In this document: positions 38,084-48,700 of the stretch, in pieces
How positions within the stretch are numbered: the stretch's first letter is position 1
Layout of the letters: every line of letters begins with the position of its first letter
DNA from: Pelagibacterium sp.
GTDB lineage: Bacteria; Pseudomonadota; Alphaproteobacteria; Rhizobiales; Devosiaceae
DNA: 64,000 nucleotides
Assembly (NCBI RefSeq): GCF_035555455.1
Contig: NZ_DATMGM010000037.1
Span: 84,996-148,995, forward strand
Direction of reading: 5' to 3'
Translations under genes and position numbers: made by a program
Notes under the pieces: generated by a model
Told to the model about the DNA's origin: nothing
Seen by the model: only the letters and a program-made list of their open reading frames with translations
Database searches by the model: none

Positions 38084-38888
38084 CGGCTGCCCTCTCGTAA
38101 AGCGTATGTACGAGCTTCATCAATGACGGTCCGCGGATAACCAGAAGGCGCAAATTCTCTTGGTTAAAATGAGCCGCACCGTTGGTCGCCGCCATGTCGG
38201 TCTCGGCGAAGACGGCCTCGTCGAGAATGGCGGCCGCTCCGTTGATCCGGCGAAAGGGTCGGTCGGCCTCGTTTTGAAAGCGCTCGACCTTTCGGGCATC
38301 GCCCATTTCGCCCCGATCGAAGAAACGGCGTTTAATCGCATTGAGGCTCATGCCCTCGCGAAGTCTGTCCTTTACGCTGTCATCGATCGCATCCTGGAGC
38401 CGGTTTGCGTCGGACGCAGACATGCCAGATTTGGACTCGAAGATAAAAAGCTCGTCGGCCGGACCGGGGTTGTCCTCGTTCGCGAACTTGAACCCGATAA
38501 CATCGCAACCCTTTGTCGAGTCATTTCGGTTCCAGCGATCCTGGTAGCGCAACTCGCGTGGGCACCAATATCCTAGGAAATATTCGATGAAGTCGGCGAC
38601 GACGATCTCGCCAAAATCTCCTGATCGAAGGCTCGGGCCGGGTGCCACCTTCGCATCGGGGAAGAGAATGGTCCTTAGATAATCGGGATGGCCGAGTCCC
38701 GTTCCGCCAGCCATGAACGGTAAATCGGCATCGGCGATGTAGTGGTTGCGGAAATGCCGAGCCCAGTTTGAAAGGATTTCAGCGTCATCTTGCGGATTTA
38801 GTTCCCATATCTCGATTTCACGGCCACACGCCGTTGCTTGACGCTCTCCAGTATCGACCAGCCAGTTCAGATAGCTCGGTGTCGCCAC
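38073..38888 (-). CDS. hamA: Hachiman HamA (DUF1837 nuclease-fold protein)
   Basis: GDFGEI, KGCDVIG, FESKS (PD-(D/E)xK-like); GTG start with GGGGGAGG RBS; adjacent to the helicase. Confidence 0.8.
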   Translation of the reverse strand: MATPSYLNWLVDTGERQATACGREIEIWELNPQDDAEILSNWARHFRNHYIADADLPFMAGGTGLGHPDYLRTILFPDAKVAPGPSLRSGDFGEIVVADFIEYFLGYWCPRELRYQDRWNRNDSTKGCDVIGFKFANEDNPGPADELFIFESKSGMSASDANRLQDAIDDSVKDRLREGMSLNAIKRRFFDRGEMGDARKVERFQNEADRPFRRINGAAAILDEAVFAETDMAATNGAAHFNQENLRLLVIRGPSLMKLVHTLYERAADEA

Positions 38889-39052
38889 GGTATGCCTCCC
38901 CCAAGGCCGATAAATAATATGGCGTCGATTCGAAGCCATCTTTGCAACGCAGAATGCGCGCGTTTCTTACGAAGTATAATTTAATTCAGATTTCATAATT
39001 AGTTCTCAGCAATACCATCGCTTCGGTTTATTTATAATTTGTAGAAACCTCC

Positions 39053-40504
39053 TCACATGAACAACCGATAAGGATAAACATTCCGGGGTAGGTCCGGGAC
39101 GTTCGCTATTGTGCGGGCCAGTTTCTGCGAATAGCGAATGCTAACTGGCACTGGGTCGTAGAGCGCGTCGTTATTCCAATCCATCTTCGTGAGGGCCAAC
39201 ACCTCATGGGCGGTGAGTTCAAGTGGCCCGCTGCCGGCATGACGGATCAGTTGTAGCGGCCGGGGAATGCTCTTCTTGCCCTGATAGTAATCGCCTTTGG
39301 TTGAGACCTCGGGAGCATTGCCCGCCACCCATATTAAGGCAGAATTGCCCGTGCGGATCACCATCGTCCCGCGCGGCACGGGAAACCCCGAAGGTTTTGA
39401 TGGCGGTTTCTCTACGCCCGACTTGATGAGCCAGACGCCGCGCCAGCACGATGCCGAACTGACCTCGACGCACTCTATTTCCGCTACGCCGGTAAGCGCA
39501 TCTAACGCGCCCTCGATTTCAGCGTCCTTGAACGCGGTCGTTTTGTGAATGACCATGCGTTTTGGTAGGTTGCCGCCATTGCGTCCCTGATAGAGTTCCA
39601 GGCTACGGGCGAGGACCGCGCGCATGTCGTCGCGACTTAGAAAGGGGTTCCGGCGGGCTTCGGCCACGTCGGCCACCGGGTCTCGCGCCTCGAACGCGAC
39701 GAACTGCATGCCGCCACCGTCCATGTCGAAGACCTGCGAGCAGCACGTCACATAATGCGCGTCTTGTTGGTCACCGCGCAGGGCATAGGCCAACCCGATG
39801 TAGGCGGTGTCCGCCGGCACACCTTTTAGCGGCGCGAGCTTCCATGGCGTGCCCGCAGCCTTCACGTACAGTGCGGTTGAAAGACGCCAAGCGAGCGAGG
39901 CCTTAAAGCTGAAGTTAAAGACGCGATCGTTCAGAACCTGGGTCGGAATATTATACTTGGCGCCCAGAGCCTTCAGCACGTCGTGTGCGTCAAAGAATTT
40001 TCCGCGTGTCGCCGTGTCCCAGTTGTCGGGAAAGTGGACCAGCACAACGTCGAACTCGTTGCGAACGGTGTCGAGGCGGCGGAGCGCGGCATCCATTGCG
40101 AGGTATAGGCGATGCTGCACGTTGCCGTCACCCGGTAGTTGGTCGAGGTGTTCAGGCCACTTGATGTGCGCGCTCGCTGGCGCGGGATCGAGCGACACGC
40201 GGAACAGGCGCTCGAAACCGGGATATTCCGGCACATATTCTGATCTGTCGGAAGGCCGATGCACGTCGCGCAACAGCTTCATCAGATCGCCACGACGATG
40301 AAAAGCGCTCTCCGGGCCAACCGTCGCGATTCGAATGCGGGGAGTGTATCCGCTAAACGATCCTTTCGAATACGGCCCGAAGTTCAGGAGGCCGCGCAAT
40401 GGATGGACATCTACCTGGGTGGCATCGGATGGGGAAAACGACAGGTCCGGCTCATCCAAGAGCGTGAATGGCGGCAGCTCGGTTAGGGCTGGGTTCGCCA
40501 TCAT
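39053..40504 (-). CDS. Short prokaryotic Argonaute (MID-PIWI, no PAZ)
   Basis: PLRGLL.FGPYS, HD.LKA....IPTQV, LYVKAAGTPWKL, YIGLAYA, RMVIHKTT.F, L.LTKMDWN, PV...YS. Confidence 0.92.
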   Translation of the reverse strand: MMANPALTELPPFTLLDEPDLSFSPSDATQVDVHPLRGLLNFGPYSKGSFSGYTPRIRIATVGPESAFHRRGDLMKLLRDVHRPSDRSEYVPEYPGFERLFRVSLDPAPASAHIKWPEHLDQLPGDGNVQHRLYLAMDAALRRLDTVRNEFDVVLVHFPDNWDTATRGKFFDAHDVLKALGAKYNIPTQVLNDRVFNFSFKASLAWRLSTALYVKAAGTPWKLAPLKGVPADTAYIGLAYALRGDQQDAHYVTCCSQVFDMDGGGMQFVAFEARDPVADVAEARRNPFLSRDDMRAVLARSLELYQGRNGGNLPKRMVIHKTTAFKDAEIEGALDALTGVAEIECVEVSSASCWRGVWLIKSGVEKPPSKPSGFPVPRGTMVIRTGNSALIWVAGNAPEVSTKGDYYQGKKSIPRPLQLIRHAGSGPLELTAHEVLALTKMDWNNDALYDPVPVSIRYSQKLARTIANVPDLPRNVYPYRLFM

Positions 40505-42384
40505 CTGCTCCTGTCGAAGTAGGTATGGTGATGCGACGGTCGGCTAAACCCTGTAACGGGTGACACCTTGAACACGGCATCAATGCCAGTGCCGTCTTCG
40601 AGTCCGAAAGCGCTTCGAAGCGTGCCGCCCGTCTCCGTCAGAAGCTGGGCCCAGGCCCCAATAATGCTGGCCCAATTCCTATTATAGCGCGGAGCCCATC
40701 GTTCCCGGCGCCAGTCACCGGCAGGATCACCTCGTCGCTCGGCTTGGATGCCCATTTCAGCCGCAGCTTCTTGCGCGACCAGATCCTCCGAACCTTCCGT
40801 TTGTGGAGTGTCTTGTCGGGGCAACTGGACGAACGTGTAAGGCTCGAAGCCGCACCACCACTTTCCATCGACCTGTTCCAGCTTGAGCTGGACACCCTCC
40901 TGAAACGGGAAGCCGAGCTTGGGCACTGTGCCAAACAGACTGGTGCCGTAGGCATCGCGCAGCCGGGATAGGGTTTGTTGAAGACGCCGCGTTCGATCAG
41001 GATCATCGCCGTCGCGCGGTGTTGCAACGACGAGCGAATGGCCGGAACGCCTGTAGCGTGGGATGAGCGGGCGCTGCCGGGCGAGAGATCGCACGAGCGT
41101 GTCGTAGAGCAATCCCGTCGCCCAGCTATCAGCGACCGGATCTAGGTCGATCGTTCCAGCGAGCGATGGGCCAAGCGGAGCCAAGGCATCCAGGATTTCC
41201 TGGTCACGCCCGAACACCGCTAGCTCACGCCCCAAAGCGGCCGCCGTCGCCCGACATCCCTTCGCCTTGAAGATCTCGCGCACCTCTGCCGATGTTGTCG
41301 GTTGGCTCAACCTGATGCGCCTGGCCGCGGTCGGCATCGATTGAAGCAGAATTGCCGAATAGCGCAGCACCGGGAATGCGCGGGCTTTGGCATTTGGAAT
41401 CTGAACGGGTATGAGACGCGGCGTAGGTCGCCCTTCCATCACCCGATCAAGAAGCGGCTTGGGTAAATCGGTTACCTTGATGATATCGGCAGCCAGTTCG
41501 TCAAAGGTCGCGCACTCAACGACGGCCACATCCACGCCAGCCGCTGCGGCCCGACCCAGAAATTCGATCACTGCGGGCAGCAAGCGCGACGCCGACGAGG
41601 CAAGCCAATAAAGTCCGTTGGGAAATGGCGACGGCGCGTCGAGAACCTCGTTCAGAGCCTCCATGATCGAAGCGTCACGTCCGCTATAGCCGACGAAGAT
41701 CATTCCGAAGCGTTGGCCGGACTCCACCAACACATGCCGCATCCGGTTGTCCTGTTCCTCCAGTTCCGATCCCGCATTCTTAATTGCGATCGATTGGTAA
41801 TCACCGTGGAGCTTAGCGACTAATGGCCAGTCCGATTCATTGAGGCACCGCATGGCACGGTCGGCGGAATCGATCGCAGCCACAGTCGGGCGGTTCTGGT
41901 CGCCCACTGGCAGAATCCCATTTGCCGAATGCGCCGACTCCTCGATGAGCGGATCGAAGTTCGTCGTGAAAACGCAATCGACCTTGCCGGCAGCCATCAG
42001 ACTGCCAAGTACCTTGTGTCCAAAACAGGGAGTGCCCTTGGAGATCGCATCGTCGATATACTGTCGGCGATGCCGGGCCTCTGGATAGACCGCTTCGAAG
42101 GCCTTGGCATATTCTGTAGGATCACCGTCAGGTGGCAACAGCGAGTTTTGGCGGAAAAAGGCATCGATCCTGTCGATCCAGATCGGGTCAGCGGTATCGA
42201 TCTCGCGCTTTGACAGGTTCGTTTCGCGGCAAAAGATTTGCGCCTTGAAATCGCGGATCATGGCATAGCCCGTCGGAATGCCGGAGGCGGCCGATGCGCC
42301 TGCGCCGAGGAACCAGGCCACAAGATTTGGCCTGAGATCGAACGCTGTCGTGAATTGTGCGGCGGAGATAGTTTTTATCGGCAC
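40501..42384 (-). CDS. SIR2-APAZ effector (SPARSA system with the short pAgo)
   Basis: FLGAGAS..SGIP, TTNFD, KLHGD, GYSGRD sirtuin-like motifs; C-terminal APAZ-like region; 4 bp overlap with pAgo; GTG start. Confidence 0.88.
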   Translation of the reverse strand: MPIKTISAAQFTTAFDLRPNLVAWFLGAGASAASGIPTGYAMIRDFKAQIFCRETNLSKREIDTADPIWIDRIDAFFRQNSLLPPDGDPTEYAKAFEAVYPEARHRRQYIDDAISKGTPCFGHKVLGSLMAAGKVDCVFTTNFDPLIEESAHSANGILPVGDQNRPTVAAIDSADRAMRCLNESDWPLVAKLHGDYQSIAIKNAGSELEEQDNRMRHVLVESGQRFGMIFVGYSGRDASIMEALNEVLDAPSPFPNGLYWLASSASRLLPAVIEFLGRAAAAGVDVAVVECATFDELAADIIKVTDLPKPLLDRVMEGRPTPRLIPVQIPNAKARAFPVLRYSAILLQSMPTAARRIRLSQPTTSAEVREIFKAKGCRATAAALGRELAVFGRDQEILDALAPLGPSLAGTIDLDPVADSWATGLLYDTLVRSLARQRPLIPRYRRSGHSLVVATPRDGDDPDRTRRLQQTLSRLRDAYGTSLFGTVPKLGFPFQEGVQLKLEQVDGKWWCGFEPYTFVQLPRQDTPQTEGSEDLVAQEAAAEMGIQAERRGDPAGDWRRERWAPRYNRNWASIIGAWAQLLTETGGTLRSAFGLEDGTGIDAVFKVSPVTGFSRPSHHHTYFDRSR

Positions 42385-42396
42385 AGGCTCCCCCTT

Positions 42397-43578
42397 TCAG
42401 GCCGTCGTGGGGAGCGGGTCGGTTCCCTCGCTCAAGATGGCGAGATATCGCCGGTAACTGAACACGCGCCCCCGTTTGCGCCCGGTGATTTCTTCGACGA
42501 TGCCGAACCGTTCCAGATCGGCGAGCGCCGCATTGACCGTGGGGGCTGAGAGCCCTGTTTGCTGAACGAGTTGGTTGGCCGTCAGGAACGGGTTTTGCTG
42601 AAAAAGATCGTGGATACGCAGCGCGGAGCCTGCCCGGTCGCTCTCTGTCGTGATCCGCTCGCGGTCTTCCTTGAACAGATCGACAATCCGGGTTGCTGCT
42701 TCGAATGCCTGATTGGCCGTATCCGCAACACCGGCAAGGAAGAAATCGAGCCAGGCTTCCCATGCCCCGTGCTCTCGCACCTCCTGAAGCAGGCGGTAAT
42801 AGTCGGCGCGATGCGTTTTAAGGTAGAGGCTCAGATAGAGCAGCGGCTTGCGCAGCACACCGTTGACGCACAGGTACAGCGTCACCAACAAGCGACCGAT
42901 CCTGCCGTTTCCATCCAGGAACGGGTGGATGGTCTCGAATTGGACGTGCAGCAACCCTGCCTTGATCAGGGCGGGCAGACGCGAGCCGTCCTCGTGCATG
43001 AAGCGCTCAAGCGCATCGAGACAAGCATCCATCTCGGTCGGCGGTGGCGGCACGAACAGTGCGTTGCCTGGACGTGAACCACCGATCCAGTTCTGAGACC
43101 GCCGAAACTCGCCGGGATTTTTCGTGCCGCCGCGCCCGCTTTGCAGCAGTCGCTCATGCATCTCGCGGATCAGACGTAATGACAGCGGAAGATCTTCCAG
43201 ACGCTCCAGCCCATACATCATCGCATCGACATAGTTCGATACTTCACGGATGTCGTCGATCGGTTGGCCGGCCTGCGCCTCGGTTTCGAAGCGGAGCAGG
43301 TCCGAAAGGGTGGACTGCGTTCCTTCGATCTGGGACGAGAGGACTGCTTCCTTCCTTACATACATGTAGAGGAACAGCTCCTGACGCGGGAGCAACATCG
43401 TGATCCCGTCCAGACGACCTAACGCGCGTTCGGCCAGGCCTAGCCGCTCCAGAAGGGCCAGCACGTCGATCGGCGGTTCGGGCGGCAGTGAGGGCGGCAC
43501 GAAGGCGCGCACGATTTCTCCCGCAACAGGGGTCTCGACAAAGCGGCCTAGCCGGAGGCTGAATGCTGATTCGGACAT
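42397..43578 (-). CDS. Fic-domain protein (class II, with C-terminal wHTH)
   Basis: Canonical HPFLDGNGRIGR; N-terminal inhibitory SSQIEG. Confidence 0.92.
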   Translation of the reverse strand: MSESAFSLRLGRFVETPVAGEIVRAFVPPSLPPEPPIDVLALLERLGLAERALGRLDGITMLLPRQELFLYMYVRKEAVLSSQIEGTQSTLSDLLRFETEAQAGQPIDDIREVSNYVDAMMYGLERLEDLPLSLRLIREMHERLLQSGRGGTKNPGEFRRSQNWIGGSRPGNALFVPPPPTEMDACLDALERFMHEDGSRLPALIKAGLLHVQFETIHPFLDGNGRIGRLLVTLYLCVNGVLRKPLLYLSLYLKTHRADYYRLLQEVREHGAWEAWLDFFLAGVADTANQAFEAATRIVDLFKEDRERITTESDRAGSALRIHDLFQQNPFLTANQLVQQTGLSAPTVNAALADLERFGIVEEITGRKRGRVFSYRRYLAILSEGTDPLPTTA

Positions 43579-43602
43579 GCTCCCACTATGCGAGAGCGGC
43601 CT

Positions 43603-43632
43603 TATTTAAGCAATTGGCTTTTGGCTTAAATA
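43603..43632. promoter_or_regulatory. Inverted repeat upstream of fic (possible autoregulatory operator)
   Basis: TATTTAAGC-N12-GCTTAAATA, with a third half-site CTTAAATAA at 43656. Confidence 0.4.
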
Positions 43633-43946
43633 GGCGTTGAACTAAAGTAAGTGCTCTTAAATAACGGTCGACAACATTATGGGCGCGTACACGCAAAAGG
43701 TTCGTAGCAGCATTTTTCCCGCCTTCAATGACGGAACCCCTGCCGATCGCATTCGCCCTTTGGCCCGTCGCCGACAACACGGTCTTTCACGAACAACCCA
43801 TCGAGATCATCATCGCTATAGACGCTGATATGTCGGGCTGTAGCGTAGAAACGGCGGTGATCGACGGTGCGTATGCTACTTGGTGACGTTGCGGCCATCA
43901 GCGGTGATCGGCGGCAATATCGCGCTATAGAGGGCAATCGGCGGGA

Positions 43947-44008
43947 TGGCGGGCCATGCGGGATACCGATGGGCACGATACCTACTCCATAGCCCTCTAT
44001 ATCCCTCC
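43947..44008 (+). repeat. att-like direct repeat copy 2
   Basis: 55/62 identity to 34811-34872; an inverted TATAGAGGGC at 43926 pairs with GCCCTCTATA at 43992. Confidence 0.85.
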
Positions 44009-44145
44009 TAAATAAGGACTTCTGCTTTGCGCCTCCATTCTTGCCACTCGCTTACGGGAACCGTGGTGACGCTCCAAGCGGAAAGCTCTGCCGTAATGAC
44101 AGAGTTCGGGACCGGGCTGTCCAAGGATGCTCGTCAGCCTATTGA

Positions 44146-45633
44146 TTATTGAGGCGCACCGCGCTTTGCCTCATGATCGTGTTGAACTCGGCCTATGCCA
44201 TCCTTTCTTTGAGATGGCGGTCTGGAGATCTGTGTCAGGAGGATGATTTCTTCGCTGGGATTTTCAGTCGAGGGGTACGCAACGCCATTCTGGACGAAGC
44301 CATGATGCTTGAGGATGCGTTGTAATTTCTCATTCGCCTTCCGCGTCGTCGCGTAAACGAGTTTGGCACGCGCCGCATCTAGCAGGCTCGTGATGAGGTT
44401 CCGGGTCTGCTTTCCGCGATGCTTTTGCTCGACGAAGAGCCATCCTATTTCACGCGTGAAGTCACCAGAATTGGCCGTAGCCTGCGCCTTCTGAAAAACA
44501 CCGTTTCGGTAAGCGAGAGCCGGTTTCTTAAGAGCCCCGACGCCAACAATTGCCTTCTCATATCGAATGAAGCCCAAGACATCCGCCCTCTTGAGACGAG
44601 CCTCAATGCCATCCGCGACTTCACCTCCCTTCTTTACGAGGAGCGCGAAATCATCGAGTTCGTTTTTGGTACATTCGCCGGGCTTCTTGATTTGAACCGA
44701 GTATTTCTCCTTCTCGACCTTGTCGACGGCGATCTTGAGCGCGCCCTTGAAAATTGGGTGGAGATCTTCCTTCGTCAGCTCTTCTGCGGCCTTACCCTTA
44801 GCATTGATCGTGAAGTTGGCGGTGCCTTTCGCGATGACGTCCAGAAGCTTTCTATCGTTTAGAAGTTGGTCGACTAACTCGTCACGAAGCTTGGTCCGCT
44901 CACGCTCCGTGACGGGATCATCGCGCTTGTCCTGACGGAAAATCGTTCGAAGTCTCGAGGCAATATCGTTGGTTTCTGAGTTGATGCGAGTGACGTAAGC
45001 TTGGATGGTGTCGAGAGCGCTTTCGGTATCGCCAAGCTTGCTGTCAGCCCAGCCGAGTTGATCGGCCATGCTCTGGATGCTGACATCTAAAGAAGCTTCG
45101 AGCTGACCGAGTTCCTTTGTTATACGGCCTGCTGCGGCCTCAAACCGCTCGGCGAATGCGCGCGCTTCGCTTTCGAGGAAGATTTTCAGAAGCTCGGTTG
45201 GATGCAGTGCGCGATTACGTCGCCCATCACGCGTGCAGTAGATACCCTTGGGAGTGCAGTGTGGCTTCGTGGCGCTGCTCGGGATATCGATTCGCAAAAA
45301 CGGCTTGCCGTCGTCATTTTCGATGCTGACATCGATAGCGACCGGAGGGATGCACCCCAAAGCTTTGTTGGCTATCTGGAGTATCGTTCCATCGCCAACA
45401 TCACATCCCACCACGACGCCGACCTGTGCGCCTCCATCGTTGGCGCGTTCGTCGACGCCGGCAAGGATGGCTCCGCCACCCGCGTTGGCGAACGCGACCA
45501 AGTCTTCAGCAGACACTCCGTCAGGGCCGCGCTTGAAGTCCGCGCGATCACCTTCCCCTGCCTGCAGCAGAGTTGCGGTGTCCGCAGTTACTGTCCTAGT
45601 GATCTTATTTGAAGGCATTTCTAACACTAGCAT
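44146..45633 (-). CDS. AlbA_2 (Schlafen-like) domain - coiled coil - GNAT fusion
   Basis: GEGDRADFK, LVAFANAGGG.IL.GVDE; helical middle; C-terminal EIGWLFVEQKHRG...YATTR..N..LQRIL..HGF. Start may be 45618. Confidence 0.75.
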   Translation of the reverse strand: MLVLEMPSNKITRTVTADTATLLQAGEGDRADFKRGPDGVSAEDLVAFANAGGGAILAGVDERANDGGAQVGVVVGCDVGDGTILQIANKALGCIPPVAIDVSIENDDGKPFLRIDIPSSATKPHCTPKGIYCTRDGRRNRALHPTELLKIFLESEARAFAERFEAAAGRITKELGQLEASLDVSIQSMADQLGWADSKLGDTESALDTIQAYVTRINSETNDIASRLRTIFRQDKRDDPVTERERTKLRDELVDQLLNDRKLLDVIAKGTANFTINAKGKAAEELTKEDLHPIFKGALKIAVDKVEKEKYSVQIKKPGECTKNELDDFALLVKKGGEVADGIEARLKRADVLGFIRYEKAIVGVGALKKPALAYRNGVFQKAQATANSGDFTREIGWLFVEQKHRGKQTRNLITSLLDAARAKLVYATTRKANEKLQRILKHHGFVQNGVAYPSTENPSEEIILLTQISRPPSQRKDGIGRVQHDHEAKRGAPQ

Positions 45634-45706
45634 ATCGCGGTCTTCGAAAACACTGGAAGCTCCGCATTTTGCCTGAACTTCCTGCGTTTTCCGAACGCAG
45701 GCTCCG

Positions 45707-48700
45707 TCAGTGATCGTAGATCACGCCGATGATCGGCCGAGCATATGCCATGATCGGCATGTTCGGTGCTCCCTCAATGCTTTCGGTCGCAATGACGACA
45801 GATTCGCCGAGACCGCCGATCGTCTCAAATTGGCGCAGATACGGGAAGGCGGAGGTCACTTGAGATCCGACCCGCTTCAGGATGCTCGTGCCGTCATCCA
45901 GAGTTAGCGCGACGACCTGTCCCTCAAGCGCCGACAATTCCCCCGCCGTCAGCACTTTTCCTCCCAGTATCGTCTGACCCGGAAGCGCAAGTGGAACCGC
46001 GCTTTCTTCCCGCACCCGATAAGCCACCTCTACTTTGGCGAGGATCGGATCGCTTTCGATTTCGATGGCCTCTTCACGGCCATGGGGCGGCGGCAGATGA
46101 CTGAGCAGAAGGCCTACGACACGATGCACATCAATACCATGATCCTCGAAGGCTAGGGTAGGACGACTTTTCCTTGGGTCGGTCGCTTCGGCAGCGAGTG
46201 AAAAGCCCTCGCCATTTCTGGGACGCAGGAGACGACGGGCATAAGCCTGCTTTCCACGCCGAGCGACGACCAAACTATGGTCGCGCGCTGGCGAAGGCTC
46301 CGCCTCGACGATAGCTACGGATCCAGCCGGCATCGCGAAACCCATCGTGTCGTGCCTTATGTAAAACAGGGCCTTATCGTCGAACCAACTGCTCGAAAAA
46401 ATTTCGCACTCGGCTACCTGGCTTTCTCCCAACGGGAGATGGCCGGTGAACGCCGCGATATCTTGTCTGACGGGAATGCTGAACGCCGGTACCTTGACCG
46501 GGATTAACGTCACGACATTAGTTGGTAGCGCTTCGGTCAGTGGCTCACGCCAGCGATAGCGGCGGAATTCGCCGTGAACGCGCTCGACGCCAGCACGGAG
46601 ACGCTTCAGGTCGCCATCAACACGCTCGACATCAGCATAGCTGATCGACGCCTTGTCGTGGTGTGAAGTGTTCAGGATGCGCCGTGTGTCGGCGCCAGCA
46701 GTCATCGCCTGATCGTTGCAAAAATCATTCAACACCGGGCTGCGGAACAATTCATTCGAGCGACCGCTGACCAATGCTTTCAGTCGGTCGAACAGCGGCA
46801 CCAGTGTCGGTGCCTTGGTCGGCGCGGAGTGTGCAGGATAGGCAGGATCATCAAAGAGGTCACCGAGTCTTGCTTCGATGAAGATCCTGGCTTCGTTCGC
46901 ATAGTCCTGCGCGTAAGATGCGACGTCGGGATTTGCGATGAATAGCTGACGTTTCCGGTCCAGTTCATCGACAGCAAGCGACGTCTCGAGCGTGGCACGC
47001 GAGATATTCACCGGGTGGACGGACCGATGCGCGATCAAATCGGCGGGCCGGGATTCCTGTACCAGCGTCCGCGCAAAGCTGCGATCATGTGTCGTGGTGA
47101 CAATCTGAGCGCCGTCACTCGCGAGTTGGGTAAACGCTCGGGCTAGACGCTGTCGATTATCATAATCGAGCAGATCCTGCGGGTCATCGAGCACCAAGAT
47201 CGTTAGGCCACCACTGGTCTTCAGCACATATTCCCGGAACGCGAGGTAGAAGGCCATCAACCCCGCGCGCAGCGCAGAGGAATTTGACACGTGTTGGGCA
47301 GGAGCGCGAACAATACCTCGCCCCACTTGAATGTCGATGACGCCCTGTGCACTCATCCCTGAGGCTAGTGGCTTAGGCGCAAACGACGTGGCGTTCTGGT
47401 AGATCTGATCACGCCAATATTCCGCGCGATCATGGAGTTGGCGCCGCAAGCCCTCCACTTGCTCCTGTGCCAGCGCGCCGATGGGAACAATTTCGTCTAG
47501 CGCCTTGGCACACTGGCCACAAGCCTCGATCCGCGCAAGTTTTGTCTGCCGTGACTTGAGCGAAGCGTCGAGCCGGTCTGTGAGGGTGATCGCGGCCGAG
47601 ATAGGTGCTACTCCTTTCACGATCTCGTCAAGGCGACTGAGGCTTCCGCCGATAGAAGCGGCATGTTCCTGCATCCCCACAACGACTTCCCCTGCTGCCG
47701 TGCCTCCACCATTGCGAACCTTCTCTAATGCAGACCGCAAGGCACCAGGATTTGCTGCCATCCACTCGGCAAAGGCCAAGGCGCGTTCGATTCTGGCGAT
47801 CATGATCGGGAGCTTGCCAACTTCGGCGACCATATTTTCCGGCAGGGCCTCGCTCTCCGGTTCTTCAAACGGCGGCAGCGCAGCCGTTGCCGCCTCAACC
47901 AGCTCTTTGGCTAGAGGTTGTAACGCCCGCAGCGTGCCGCGGAAGCCGTCGGTGGCGAACAGTTCTTCTTTGAGTCCCGTATCGAGCAGTGCGCCAGGGT
48001 GCTTTGGCAGATCGCGCTCCATCTCTGCGCGAAGCGCTTCCGGCAAGTCGCGCGACAATGTTCCCGACCATCGACGTTCCCACTGGGCGATCGTCTGCGC
48101 GACGAGTTCGCCATCGTCGCGCACTTGTCGTATATGTTCCGCAACTGCCATGTTGGTATCGGGATCGATCACGCCCGCAAGTGAATGCCGACAGACGGCG
48201 CAATGGTCTTCCTGCGTCTCCCCCTGTTCGGCCATCCAGGTCGCGACGCGCGCATAGAGCTGGGTTCGACGGGCCAGCGTCGGATTGTCCGCAAGTTCCG
48301 AAAGCATCGATGCCTCGGTTCGCAGTGTCTTGAGCAAATCGCGAGCCTTCGCGATTGCCTCAGCGTCCAGCACGAGTTTCCCGATCCGCTCGATGCTGGG
48401 AAGCGTGCGCACCATCCGGAGTTGCTCGATCGCCGGCCCGATATTCTCCTCCAGGTCCTTGCGTTGGCTGGCGACCTCCGGATCAAAACTATCTCCCAAA
48501 ACCTCCCGTGCGTCGGCGAGCCCCTCGGCCTTAAGTTTCTCGAAATGGATCTGAAGTCGAATAACGACTTCCGCTGCACTCTCGTCTGCTGCGTTGGGAA
48601 GAGCATCTGCCGGTCTCATCGCCGGAAACTCCTCGATCCGCGCTTCGAGGTCACGCCTGTGCTCGGCAAAACCGTCGTCGATCCGATCGAGCTCATTCTT

